From NCBI RefSeq assembly GCF_006345805.1, contig NC_043001.1, forward strand, positions 82,584,001 to 82,648,000: a stretch of DNA of 64,000 bases. Reading direction: 5' to 3'. Positions 13,587 to 26,379 of this stretch are shown here, piece by piece. Within the stretch, counting starts at the first letter, position 1; each line of letters opens with the position of its first letter. The notes below the pieces were generated by a model. That model was not told where the DNA came from. It did not search any database and was given only the letters and a program-made list of their open reading frames with translations. Position numbers and translations under genes: made by a program. The DNA comes from Octopus sinensis (Eukaryota).

Positions 13587-14869
13587 TCAGGTCATTAAGA
13601 ATAAAATGTCCGATTTTGAACTGAAAGTTTATTTTACTTTATCTCAATGAAAAGCAATGCAGTTAATCACAGTATGCACCTAAATTATCAACACAATTTT
13701 GCCATTTTTTCGGTAGCTTATTTATGATGGCAGCAAAAAATTCTGAAGAGCAAGGGGTTATGAAATCACGAAAGGCATTTTTTTTGTGTGTGTGTCTACT
13801 TCAGATTTGAAGTTTTTTCCTTGCTAAAAATTATCTAATGCCTGGAAAACGTGATAGTCAATTGGTGGAAGGCCTGCTGAATATGGTGGATGACAGAGTA
13901 CTTCCAAGTTCAGTTCCTGTAACTTGAGTAGCGTTCTTTATACATGTGATCGAGCATTGTCTTGCAAGGGAATTCGCCTGTCTCCATTGACCAATCTCGG
14001 TTGTTTAATTGCAAGTTCACTCATCATTTCATCCAATTGGCTGATGTATACATTCGCTGTAATTGACTTACCAGGTCTCATGAAGCTGTAGTGGATGACA
14101 CCAGCGCTGGACCACCAAACAGATACCATTAGATTTTTTTTTGGGGGGGGGGGAATATTCTTTTTTGGGATTGTGTTATGGCACTTCGTCTCTGTCCAAC
14201 CACCATGCAGAACGCTTACTATTGTTGAAAAGAATCCATTTTTCACTACACGTAACAATACAATGCAAAAATTGTTCGCTTTTATGCCGTGACAGCAAAG
14301 AACAGCAAGTTTCAAGCCATGTCATTTGATGCTCGTTCAGTTCGTGTGGTACCCATTTGTCCAGCTTCTTTATCTTGCCTATTTGTTTCAGATAGCCGAA
14401 TTATCAAACCTTGATGCTAACACACGCGTAGTTTAAGATGTATCTACTTCCACTACAGTTTTCAGCTTATCATTATCCACCTTGGTCTCAGGTCTACCAT
14501 GGGGGTGATTTTCAAGAGTAAAGTCACCAGACCGGAACTTCTCGTATGATCGACATACAGTGCGGTAATTCGCCACATCTTTACCAAACACTTCATTAAT
14601 GTTTTGAGCTGTCTAGAATGCAATAGTTCCACGACAGGACTCATATTCATATACAACACGAATTTTTTTTATTTATCCATGGGTTCACAAAAACTGATTT
14701 ACAATAGAAAACTCACAATATAATCAGACACTATGAAATGCATTTCTAAAAGTGATGGTGTGGCTCTTCAATGTTGTAAAACAAAGAATTGTCGGAATAA
14801 AACATTACAGTTAACGATTGTCAAACTTGGTTCATAAGAAAATCGGACATATCGTTCTTAATGAACCGA
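13587..14869 (-). mobile_element. Full-length mariner (Tc1/mariner) transposon, transposase pseudogenised
   Basis: Imperfect ~30-bp TIRs (TCAGGTCATTAAGAATAAAATGTCCGATTTT vs the reverse complement TCGGTTCATTAAGAACGATATGTCCGATTTT), TA on both flanks, length 1283 bp. Minus-strand motifs are MVSVWWSSAGVIHYSF, LQDNARSHV and LEVLCHPPYS. Confidence 0.92.
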
Positions 14870-14922
14870 TATACATACATACATACATAATACATACATA
14901 CATACATACATACATACATACA

Positions 14923-14956
<34 letters not shown>

Positions 14957-14990
14957 CATACATACATACATACATACATACATACATACA

Positions 14991-15026
<36 letters not shown>

Positions 15027-15254
15027 TATTTGTGTGTGTGTAGGTAGACACAACATGCAGCCACTCGTACCAAAATTCTTACTGTAAATTCTTTCTATGA
15101 CCTTAAACGATACTAAGCCCAACCACACACATGGATAAACAGCCACAACCACACACACACACACACACAGACCTGTGCGCACGCACATACCCACACATAC
15201 ACATACCTCCTTCTCTTGCACTCTTTGAAAGAACTTTTTCTTCACCCATTCCCT

Positions 15255-15471
15255 TCCGGTCATTTCAATATGTGACCGCGTGTGTATCGTTGGCGATTTT
15301 CTTTCTCCGTCTTTCCTTCTTTGGACTTTTTCTATATTTCTGACGAAGAGCTCCGCTCAAAACATGAAATCTTCCTTCTTTTTTTCCTTTCCTGAGCGTT
15401 CAATAACACTGTACTTATTCCACGTCCCCGCGTTGTTGTTTGTTTTTTTGTTTGTTCTAGTTTGGATTAAC

Positions 15472-15472
<1 letters not shown>
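15255..15472 (+). mobile_element. PLE-type terminal repeat (pseudo-LTR) with hammerhead relic
   Basis: Inverted homologue of 25213-25430. Contains ATTT-CTGACGA-A-GAGC TCC GCTC-AAAACATG-AAAT at 15336-15370. Confidence 0.7.
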
Positions 15473-15504
<32 letters not shown>

Positions 15505-15505
15505 T

Positions 15506-15537
<32 letters not shown>

Positions 15538-16416
15538 ATATATAATAATAATATTAGGGAGTAAATCCAAACTTACTGGGAAAAATTAGATTTAGGATTA
15601 AATCAAATTTCACAGTATAAATATAAATATAAATTATATTAGTTATTTTTTATATAACTATCAAAAAGGTATTAAAAAGTTTAATATGACGGGTTTCCTT
15701 CAGTTTCCATCTACCAAATACATTCACGAGGCTTTAATCGGCCCGGGGATGTAGTAGAATATACTTGCTCAAGTTGCCATGTAGTAGGGCTGAGCTTGGA
15801 CCTATTGGATTGGAAAGGACTGAGCTTGAACATCGTCACAAACAGTAATATTTTTTCTAATTTTTGACGAAAGACCAACAATGTTGAGGGGAGGGGAAAA
15901 GTCGATTCCAGTGTCTAGTGTATGACAGGTACTTTATTTTATCGTTCGCGACACGATGAAAGGAAAAGTCAACATCGGCGGGATTTGAACCTGGAACGTA
16001 AAGAGCCAGAAGAAATACCGCTAAGAATTTTTGTCTGACGTGCCAACGATTCTGCCAGTTCACTGCCTTCACAAACAGTAATATTGTTGGGTTGTAATAA
16101 CTGAAGAAATTCTATCACTTGGTGATTGTGTTGATGCGATCGGGTGGTGTGAACAATTAGGACCTGGAGAAATGTTTGTTGCGTTATGTTGTTGCTATTA
16201 TTATAGCGGTGTGTGCGCGTGTGTGTGTGTGGTTGGTTGGTACAAATTATATGATGCAGGCTCAAGGGCAAACCATCTGACTAGAGTACACCAAAACCCA
16301 AGTAAAGTAATAAGCAGAGATAACAATAGTTATGACCAACAATGATGCACTCATGTATTGGCCTCAAAATACATAGCATTTTCTACAAATTTACTCATTT
16401 TATTTTTATTATTATT

Positions 16417-16828
16417 GAGTGCGAGAGCAGTTCATGCCATCAAAGTGACACTGGGGTAAAATATACGAAACCCAATATACCCATCATGATAACCCGTCTG
16501 ATAAGGGTACACCAGGCACATGCATCACAACCATATGTGCGCGACATGGTGATCTCATATCAAGATAAACAGCACATGACCTTGCAGGTGGGGCCCAGTT
16601 AGAATTTTCTTCAGGTTGAGTAGCCCATCCCGCTCAAAAGGTCCCTGAATAAGGGTTGTTTAAGGATGTTGAAAGAACCACCCATGTTTCCAGAGGTGAA
16701 TTATTCAAACCCCAAAGAATCCCTCTCAACACATGGCTATGATGCTCCCCCACTACTTCTGCTCGTGATCAGAGATGCACAAAATCGTCAGCCACTAAGG
16801 GACATGGTCAACTGGTTAAGGTCAAACA
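16417..16828 (-). mobile_element. (TAA)n-embedded non-coding retroelement, copy 1 (5'-truncated)
   Basis: Near-identical to 19116-19668 and 20100-20557. It shares the end ...CTC(A/G)CA/CTC(AAT)n and is flanked by TAA repeats on both sides. Confidence 0.85.
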
Positions 16829-16829
16829 G

Positions 16830-16877
<48 letters not shown>

Positions 16878-16884
16878 TATTATA

Positions 16885-16971
<87 letters not shown>

Positions 16972-16982
16972 CATTATTATTA

Positions 16983-17021
<39 letters not shown>

Positions 17022-17622
17022 CATTATTATTATTACTATTATTATTATCATGTATTTCCAGTTTGGTTTGCATGGTATATAGGATAGCTTATGTAATATA
17101 TACATACATTCTGCAATAGATACGTACAACTTGATGCCGGTAAACATTATAGCCATTTACCGCCTGTTGGAGATCACAAGAATGTGCAACTTTTCTTATC
17201 ATGTGGGAGTGCCAGACTACATTTGTGCTTCTAAGAAAAGTCCGATTTTGTAGTCACACAAAACAAAAAGGTATGTTATTCCGTCTTTGGGCCTAAGTAT
17301 TTTATGATTGCAGTTAGACTTAACTTTATGTGTGTGTGAATTCTCGATGATGTGATATGCAAACTACAATCGCCATCATCTGTTATACTATATAGTTTCC
17401 ACAAATACGCACGCTTACTACGACGCACGCATGTAAATTTACACGCACCTGGTACAAATAGATAATCATACACACACACACACACACACACACATACACA
17501 CACACATACACACACACATCATCGATACACAAGCACAACATGTGTGTTATTAAGTCCCTTCCCTAAGGATGATATTAATATCTTGAAATAATGTTTTTTT
17601 TTCTATACTAGTTTGATATATA

Positions 17623-17676
<54 letters not shown>

Positions 17677-18030
17677 ACATATATATATACATATATATGT
17701 GCATGTGTGTATGTATGTATGTATTTATATATGTATAATATATATATATATATGTATGTATATATGTGTGTATGTTTGAGAGAGAGAAACTCTCCACGGA
17801 AAAAATCAGGACTGTCTAATGGAAGTATTGTGTGCGAGACAAAACCAAAACAAAAAACACTGAACACTGAACTTGATCTTGTTTACCATATCCTGGAACC
17901 TTATTGATTACAGGAAAAGGAAATAAAATATGTATAGAATTATTATTCAACAGAGCATCCATGCATGACTGACAATGATGCACTCATTTATTGGCCTCAA
18001 AATACATAGCATTTTCTACAAATTTACTCA

Positions 18031-18081
<51 letters not shown>

Positions 18082-18536
18082 GTTTTTCCAGTTTGGTTCA
18101 CAAAGTTTTGATTAAAATGGTGTTTGGAAGCACTGGGAACCTAAAGGCGCCAACAACTCGCAGTAGACATATTCAAAAGCCGTCTAGTTTCCGTCAGCTT
18201 GCCAGTTCATATTTACATCACAATTTTTGATATCATATCATAAGAAATGGATCCATATTGGAAGATGAGATGGGAATTACAGAGAACAGAGTACGTGATG
18301 AACTTTTGGTAATAATCAGCTATTGATCGAAATACAGCAAATTGAAACTGGAAACCCCTTGATAAAACTCAGATATGTTACCTGATGTTGGTGTTAGATT
18401 AGAAACTTTAATAACAGTCTTAGGACAGCAGCTGTACCATGATAATTGGACAAGTTCTTCAATCAGAAATCATTTGGGGTTTTTGTTAACTTTTGGGGAA
18501 ATATAGATAGGTTTAATAACACACACACACACACAC

Positions 18537-18605
<69 letters not shown>

Positions 18606-18634
18606 ATGTGTGTATGTGTGTGTGTGTGTATGTG

Positions 18635-18686
<52 letters not shown>

Positions 18687-18899
18687 ACATATATATATAC
18701 ATATATACATATATATGTGCATGTGTGTATGTATGTATGTACCTATATGTGTACGTGTGTATAGTGTGTGTGTGTGTTTATACATAGAGAGAGCGATAGC
18801 TATATAGGTAATCTCAGAATCCATAAATCAAAACAGTATGCACCCGTATTTTTGTCAATAGAGTTGCTATATAAATCAAAGTATACAGTATTGGGCTTC

Positions 18900-19090
18900 C
18901 ACTTCGGCCGATTTTAGCAATCTGTTTGCTAGTATATGCTAATTTTATTAGGAATTTTATCTTGAGGTTTGATGAGAACAAGTCTTCTTAAATTTCAAGA
19001 ACCTTTCTTAGGATCCTTGCGAGTTTTAGTTCCAATCTCTTTCAGTCTCTTAGTTTTGGGTGTTGTGCCAGGTGCACCAATTACCACAAT
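18900..19090 (-). mobile_element. R4/Dong-clade LINE C-terminal fragment
   Basis: The minus strand gives VVIGAPGTTPKTKRLKEIG then ARILRKVLEI* in another frame, a typical end of an RLE-type ORF. It begins at a (TAA)n tract. Confidence 0.6.
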
Positions 19091-19115
19091 TATTATTATT
19101 ATTATTATTATTATT

Positions 19116-19668
19116 GAGTGAGCGAGCAGAGCATGCCATCTAAGTGACACTGGGGTAAAATATACGAAGCCCAGTATACCCATCATGACTACCCGTCTGA
19201 TAAGGGTACGCCAGGCACATGCATCACAACCATATGTGCGCGACATGGTGATCTCATATCAAGATAAACAGCACATGACCTTGCAGGTGGAGCCCAGTTA
19301 GAATTTTCTTCAGATCGAGTAACCCATCCTGCTCAAAAGGTCCCTGAATAAGGGTGTTTAAGGACGTTGAACGAAACACCCATGTTCCAGAGGTGAATTA
19401 TTCAAACCCCAAAGAATCCTTCTCAACACATGGCTATGATGCTCCCCCACTACTTCTGCTCGTGATCAGAGATGCACATATCGTCAGCCACTAAGGGACA
19501 TGCTCAACTGGTTAAGGTCAAACAACTGACAAGCAAATCTGTGGTATTGAGCAGAATATTTGCTGTAGCCCATCTTTTATACCAAGACAAAACAATGTAC
19601 ATGATAACACTTCCAATCAGTTAAGATCAGAAGCCATGAGAGCCACTGCCTGGTACTGCATCAGGGCA
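19116..19668 (-). mobile_element. (TAA)n-embedded non-coding retroelement, copy 2 (longest, 553 bp)
   Basis: Both ends abut (TTA)n. It extends further than copies 1 and 3 at the same (5') end. Confidence 0.85.
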
Positions 19669-19764
<96 letters not shown>

Positions 19765-20052
19765 CATTATTATTATATTATGATAATGATGATAATAGGA
19801 AGTGCAAAAAATCGTGTTAACTGGAACGGCTCATGTACTGAGAAGAGCATTATCGCTGTGAAATCAACAACCATTCATGGATTTATTTATTAATTTTTTA
19901 AATACATATTTTACCAGTGAATTTGCGTGTGTAATCTGGGAATGCATACAATGAGCTTCTCTGCCTAGGTGTACGGAAAACACTCGGCGAGAAACGGAAG
20001 AAAATTTGAAGAAAGAAGGAAATAATAATAATAAATAATAATAATAATAATA

Positions 20053-20083
<31 letters not shown>

Positions 20084-20099
20084 TAAAATAATAATAATA

Positions 20100-20557
20100 G
20101 GGCTACAGCAAATATTCTGCTCAATACCACAGATTTGCTTGTCAGTTGTTTGACCTTAACCAGTTGAGCATGTCCCTTAGTGGCTGACGATATGTGCATC
20201 TCTGATCATGAGCAGAAGTAGTGGGGGAGCATCATAGCCATGTGTTGAGAGGGATTCTTTGGGGTTTGAATAATTCACCTCTGGAAACATGGGTGGTTCT
20301 TTCAACATCCTTAAACAACCCTTATTCAGGGACCTTTTGAGTGGGATGGGCTACTCAACCTGAAGAAAATTCTAACTGGGCCCCACCTGCAAGGTCATGC
20401 GCTGTTTATCTTGATATGAGATCACCATGTCGCGCACATATGGTTGTGATGCATGTGCCTGGTGTACCCTTATCAGACGGGTAGTCATGATGGGTATATT
20501 GGGCTTCGTATATTTTACCCCAGTGTCACTTTGATGGCATGAACTGCTCTCTCACTC
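20100..20557 (+). mobile_element. (TAA)n-embedded non-coding retroelement, copy 3 (inverted relative to copy 2)
   Basis: Reverse complement of 19116-19571, flanked by (AAT)n on both sides. Confidence 0.85.
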
Positions 20558-20622
<65 letters not shown>

Positions 20623-20673
20623 TGTTATTATTATTATTATTATTAAGGCGAAGAGCTGGCAGAATATTATTAC

Positions 20674-22085
20674 TTCCATTTCACTTCTCAGAGACCTCAC
20701 TTGCTCCGGCTTGCTTCGGCTAATTCTGTAAAATCGGAGAACAACTTGTTGTTAAAGGGTCTCACGGGATTTCTTTCCACGACACTTACCATTCAGGTAT
20801 CGATATCAAAGTTCTCTCTGTCTCCAATAAAGCAGTTTTCTGAGCACGTACTACCCTCATGTCAAACCCAATTTCTCCAACAAATATCTCAAATCTGGTT
20901 TTCAATGCTCCCAGTGCCCCTACAACTACTAGGAGGACGGTTTCTTAATTCATTGCCCAAATTCGTGCATATTTCGTCTTTTAGTGGCTTGAAGTTCTCA
21001 ATTTTTTCCAGTTCTTTATCATCCACTTGCACATGCCAATATCAATGATCTTGTTTTGTTTTTTCAGTATTTTATCAACTGCAACAATGTCCAATCTCGA
21101 AACATCAATCACACAGGATGGTAAAATCCCATAAGATCTTCTATTCATTATTCTCGGTGACGTCTTCTGGTTTATGGTCCGACCATTTTAATGTCCTTTC
21201 AAGACCTTACTTCTCACACAATCTCCAATGAACATACTTAGCTACGTCAGCGTGTCACCTTTTGTATTCCTTTTGAGCCAATTTGCTACAGTCACTCACA
21301 ATATGTAAGACTACTTCATTTTTGATGACTGGCATCCTATAAAGAGGCGATTCGCTACTCTTATCTATTTGGAATTTGGTGTAATTAGTTCTCAGAGCTT
21401 GTTCTTAGGTGCCCAGATCCTTTCACATCACATTTCCTTAGCCACTTCCAGCTGTTAGCCTTGTATTTCCCCTACATTTCTCTGAGGCATTGTCTTTGCA
21501 CCGCTTTTATTTTCCAGTTGTTCAATCTTTGTTCTTCTCTTGTTTTTTTAAAATTTTATTGGGTGTGTCACATTTTTACTAAGTATCGCGCTGCTGTTTT
21601 TTGAAGCAACAACCAAAGGTTCAATCTGCTATTTCTTGTATCATCCCAGACAGTTTTCCTCATTGACAAAACAGATTTTGCATCCTATGAGACCTCTTCT
21701 TCCCTTGTTTCTGGATACATATAATCTATCAACATTGCATTTAGGGAGCACTTCCTTGTTCAGTCATCACTTTTCTGATTATTCGATCTATTTCCACTAG
21801 CTCGTCCTTTGTCCATCAAACAACACCTGTGACATATCGCATTAAAGTGACAACCCATATATTTATTGCTCTGATCTTGTCCTTTCCATTGAGTCTACTC
21901 TTCATAATTAATTTGGTTCTCCTTAGTTATTCTCGCCTAAAGCTTTCCTTCACCTCACACTCCTTGATTTTGTCATACTCGAAAATACCAAGATAAATTG
22001 GTTTGTCAGCACAAGCGTTTGAAAGGAGATTAAGACAGTGAGATAATATCGTGGAGACAAGGGCACTTGCTAAAAATCCGCAAGA
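20674..22085 (-). mobile_element. R4/Dong-clade (RLE) LINE, degraded RT C-terminus, zinc knuckle and endonuclease
   Basis: Broken minus-strand translation gives YLGIFEYDKIK, NVDRLYVSRNKGRRGLIGCK, EQALRTNYTKFQIDK, HIVSDCSKLAQKEYKR, KILWDFTI, DKELEKIENFK and VVVGALGALK...QKTALL. The 3' end abuts TAA repeats. Confidence 0.85.
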
Positions 22086-23519
22086 TTGGAATGTGGTTTA
22101 TATAAAACGATTAATAAGATGGTCTCAGAAGTTATACGAAACAAGGAAGCTCAGTTACATATTTAACATCGTGGGTACAGTTCAAATGTTCTGAGTGTGT
22201 GACATATAAAGTTAAACTTGTTTTAAATAGATTCCTAAGTTAAATGTTTTCTTTGTTTTTTTTTGTTTTTTTTTTAATTTCGCGAATCAAAGAATCATTT
22301 CATTTAAGATTAGATTAAGAAATTTCAATTCACCAAGAGGAATATCTCTGCAAGCAACATCATGGCGAAGACGAAGACGATGACAACGACGTCGACAGCA
22401 TCATGGAATAGCAAAATCAAGGATAACAACACCGTGAACAAAATTTTCCGGTTGTAAAAAAAAATCGTGAATACATAATTTAATTTTATAGAAGCTATAA
22501 ACTTAATAGCGAGCTACGTAAACATTAGCAAATGACAAAGAAATTCATTCAGTTGGTTAAAGCAAAATATTAAAATTTTATTCGGACAAATTTTATCTAT
22601 AATTTAATTAAATCATTACAAAGCAATGACGTTAACGGAGAAAACTTTTTTAACCCTTTTACTGCACAATTAAGTTTCATGGTCATTGAGTAATGTTAAT
22701 TAGCCATAAAAAATAAAACTGATATGATTCAGTATTTCTTGTAAGTATAGTTTTTAAATCTACCACTAAAAAGTGTTTAATTTTTGCTCTGTAATGAGAT
22801 GTTGTTTGATGCAACATGTGAAAAGATCAAGAAAATCTGAAAAAATTGACTTTTGTTAAAAGTGACACTTGGGTTATCACCGTTTCTATCAGCATAAATA
22901 GAAGCTTTTGTTTTTCAAAGCTATGAGCTAAAATCGCAGCTCTTTCATACCAAAAACCTAAATTGTTTAAAAGTCAAAAGTAAGGATGAGTCTCAAAAAA
23001 AAAATACAATAAACAAATGGATAAAATGATCAAAGATTTAACTGACTTTGGGTCTGTTTCATTAGATCTTATCCAAAGTTAAGTATTAATGGTTTCTGAT
23101 TCAGGTATCAAGTCAGTAGTTTTGATGGGGAAAGTGTAAGTCAATAACATCAACCCCAGTACACAACTGGTATTTATTTTATCGACCCAAAAAGGTTCAA
23201 ACGCAGAGTCAGTCTTGGTGGAATTTGATCTCAGAATGTAAAACCGCAAGAAATGCCACAAAGCATTTCTTCTACTCGACCTCATTTCTTATTTTGGCAC
23301 AAGACCAGCAATTTTAGGAGAAGACGTAAATCGATATCATCGAATCCAGTACTTAACTGATTGTTAGTTTATCGCCCCCGAAAGGATGAAATGCAAAGCC
23401 AACCTCGATGGCATTCTAGCTCAAAACGTAAAACCAAAAGAAATCCTGCTAAGGATTTCGTACCGTGTTCTGACTATTCTGTCAGATCGCCGTCTTACAG
23501 CTGTTATTTTATTTATTTA

Positions 23520-23818
23520 TGCGCCCTTTTCAAGCCTAGCCAGGCTCATGGGCCCGGTTTCCTGGTTTCTGTGGCGTATGTGTTCCCCCGGCTGGACGGG
23601 ACGCCAGTCCATCGCAACGTTATTCAAGAAACAGGAAGAGAGAGTGAGAGAAAGTTGGGGCGAAAGAGTACAACAGGGGTCGCCACCACCCCCTGCAGGC
23701 CCTTGTAGAGCTTTAGGTGTTTTCGCTCAATAAACTCACACAACGCCCGGTCTGGGAATCGAAACTGCGATCCCCGACCGCGAGTCCGCTGCTCTAACCA
23801 CTGAGCCATTGCACCTCC
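23520..23818 (-). mobile_element. tRNA-derived SINE, family C (full length)
   Basis: Minus-strand head GGAGGTGCAATGGCTCAGTGGTTAGAGCAGCGGACTC...GTTTCGATTCCC carries A and B boxes. The tail is ...AAAAGGGCGC(ATAA)n. Confidence 0.9.
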
Positions 23819-24724
23819 ACTTACAGTTGTTACATAACAAATTTTTCTATTATAGGCACAAAGCCTGACATTGGGGATTGTCGATTACATTGAACCAGTA
23901 CTCAGCTGGTTCTTATTTTATCGACTCCAAAAGAATGAATTTGCAAGATCGAACTTGACGGCATTTGAATTCAGAACGTAAAGACGGACGAAATGACACT
24001 AAAAATTTTGTCCGGCCTACTAACCATTCTGCCGGCTCTCCATCTTACGGCAGTAACATAATAACGTTATCAGTGTCTCTTGTAAAGTTGGTGTAGGAGA
24101 CTACAATGAATTTAAGATCGTCTTAAAGTTCTAAGAACTAAAACTAGAATGTAAACTTTGCCTTTAATAAGCAACTCACGTAGCTAATGGTGACAGCAAC
24201 TGACAACCAAGAATAAGAATATTTCAGCTGGGAACCTGTGAGTGCAGAAGAGACTTCCTCATCGGCAGTGATATTTACCAATTTTCTTCCTCAAACGAAG
24301 TAAGAAAGCAGCTTAACATTGTTTCAAACGGCATTTCAATCAACGTATTAGTTTTATATTCCTTCCTTCCTTCTTCGTTATTTATAAACCATCAAACATC
24401 ACGGTGTATTCATTGATTAGGTTAAGTCTCCATACATGAAAAGAATAACAGGAATTTAGGAAAATAATATCTTTTATCGTTTATTTATTTCAGTCATTGG
24501 ACTCCGGCCGTGTTGGAGCACTGCCTTGAAAGGTTTTGGTCGAACGAATTGGCCCCCAGGGCTAGTATTTTAAAGTCTGGTATTTATTCTATTGAACTCT
24601 TTTGACAGAACTGCTAATTTACAGGGACATAAACAAACCAACACTGGTTGTTGCTATGTGTTTTCTTTTTGGTTATCCTGTATGTATACAGGTACGCACA
24701 TAAATACATACATACATGCATTTT

Positions 24725-24952
24725 TTTTACTACCCACAAGGGGCCAAACACAGAGAGGAGAAACAAGGACAGACACATGGATTAAGTCGATTATATCGAC
24801 CCCAGTGCGTAACTGGTACTTATTTAATCGACCCCGAAAGGATGAAAGGCAAAGTCAACCTCGGCGGAATTTGAACTCAGAACGTAACGGCAGACCAAAT
24901 ACGGCTACGCATTTCGCCCGGCGGGCTAACGTTTCTGCCAGCTCGCCACCTT
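24725..24952 (-). mobile_element. SINE family B, full length with Tx1-like tail
   Basis: Head AAGGTGGCGAGCTGGCAGAAACGTTAGC. Tail ...TGTCCTTGTTTCTCCTCTCTGTGTTTGGCCCCTTGTGGGTAGTAAAAAAA. Confidence 0.88.
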
Positions 24953-25212
24953 ACATACATACATACATACAAACATACACTTAAGTATATATAAGCATGT
25001 AGAGATGTATAACTATATACATGAAAATACATACATAAAGTAAAACATATAAATCTGCACGTATACATGGTGGTTGTCAACTCCTTATGCAGAGTTTGAC
25101 CACCTCCTGCACATACACCTTAGAACCATCGTGGCATCCGATGTGGCTTTTTAAACCAGACAATACGTACATAATTACATACATTCATACATACATACAT
25201 ACATACATACAT

Positions 25213-25430
25213 AGTTAATATCCAAACATGAAAACACAAAGGGAAAACACAACACGAGGACGTGGAACAAGTATAGTGTAATTGGACGCTCAGGAAAGGA
25301 AAGAAAGAAGGAGGATTTAACGTTTCGACCGGAGCTCTTCGTCAGAAACATAGGAAAAGGAAAGATCCAAAGAAGGGAAGACGGAGGAAAAAAAATCGCC
25401 AACGATATACACGCGGTCACATATTGAATA
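25213..25430 (-). mobile_element. PLE-type terminal repeat with hammerhead motif
   Basis: Minus strand 25315-25349 reads GTTT-CTGACGA-A-GAGC TCC GGTC-GAA-ACGT-T-AAAT. Homologous to 15255-15472. Confidence 0.72.
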
Positions 25431-26054
25431 CATACATACATACATAAATACATACATACATACATACATACATACATACATACATACATACATACATACA
25501 TACATACATACATACATACATACAAAATTACCATGCTGATGTTGTTGAAATTCCAATGAAGGAGCCTTGGATCTACGTTGGAAACCGGCGCTTTCTCTAT
25601 TGGCAAGAAGAGGAACAAAACAAGGTGCTTTCATTCACAACCTTGCTACCAGGTAGGTGGCCGGTCAAAATTTAATCTAAGTTAAAAAGAGAAAGAATAT
25701 ATTCACGGTAGTTGAAACACTTGGTTTGCGTAACCTTAGTTACATAATTTCCGCAGCACTAAACCTGAATTGCGAGAGGCACAAAAACAGAGAGTACACA
25801 ATAAATTTACAAAGTTCAGATCCAGTACATTCATATATAAGTTTAAACATTCCAAATGATGCAAAAGGAGAACCTCTGAAAAATGCAATAAAAAAATGAA
25901 AGATCTGTACATTCCAATCAAAGAACATTGTCTCTTTGTCAGAGAGCAATACTTTATATGTAGGATATATCTTACGAAAGAGAAAGATAGAGAGAGGGGG
26001 AGAGCTAGAGAGAGAGATATATAGTAGGGGAGATAGAGAGATAGTGGGAGAGAG

Positions 26055-26089
<35 letters not shown>

Positions 26090-26293
26090 TGAACGTTTCT
26101 TGCATTCCATGAATACGAACTTTGATTAAGTGTATCCTCTATTTAAAAAAAAAGTAATAAAGGCCTAAATATTTAGTTTTCTTCTGTCTTCACGTACATT
26201 ATAGTCAGGTTGACTGAGTATAACTTGTTTTGTAATGGATTCTGTTTGGGTGTGTGTGGAGAGAGAAACAGAGTGAGGGGGCGGGAAAAAGAA

Positions 26294-26379
<86 letters not shown>

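Noticed and set aside
17120-17270. Exon-like segment (AG...AAG|GTATGT) reading YVQLDAGKHYSHLPPVGDHKNVQLFLSCGSARLHLCF*EKSDF
   Set aside because: All three frames contain a stop and I recognise no homology. At most it is a pseudo-exon or UTR exon.
18089-18500. Complex unique sequence that looks like a pseudogene
   Set aside because: The stop-codon density is close to random expectation and no motif was recognised.
19600-19668. Possible HDV-like or hammerhead ribozyme at the 5' end of the TAA element (CCCTGATGCAG...)
   Set aside because: I could not build P1/P2 pairings, and no GAAA follows a stem.
23715-23818. tRNA-like sequences with A and B boxes (also at 27954, 50230, 63350)
   Set aside because: These are SINE heads that continue into SINE bodies and lack a complete cloverleaf, so they are not tRNA genes.
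25760-25990. Two minus-strand frames open, with a good internal acceptor (GSPFASFGMFKLIYECTGSELCK...)
   Set aside because: The donor is weak, no family was recognised, and T-rich composition favours stop-free frames.
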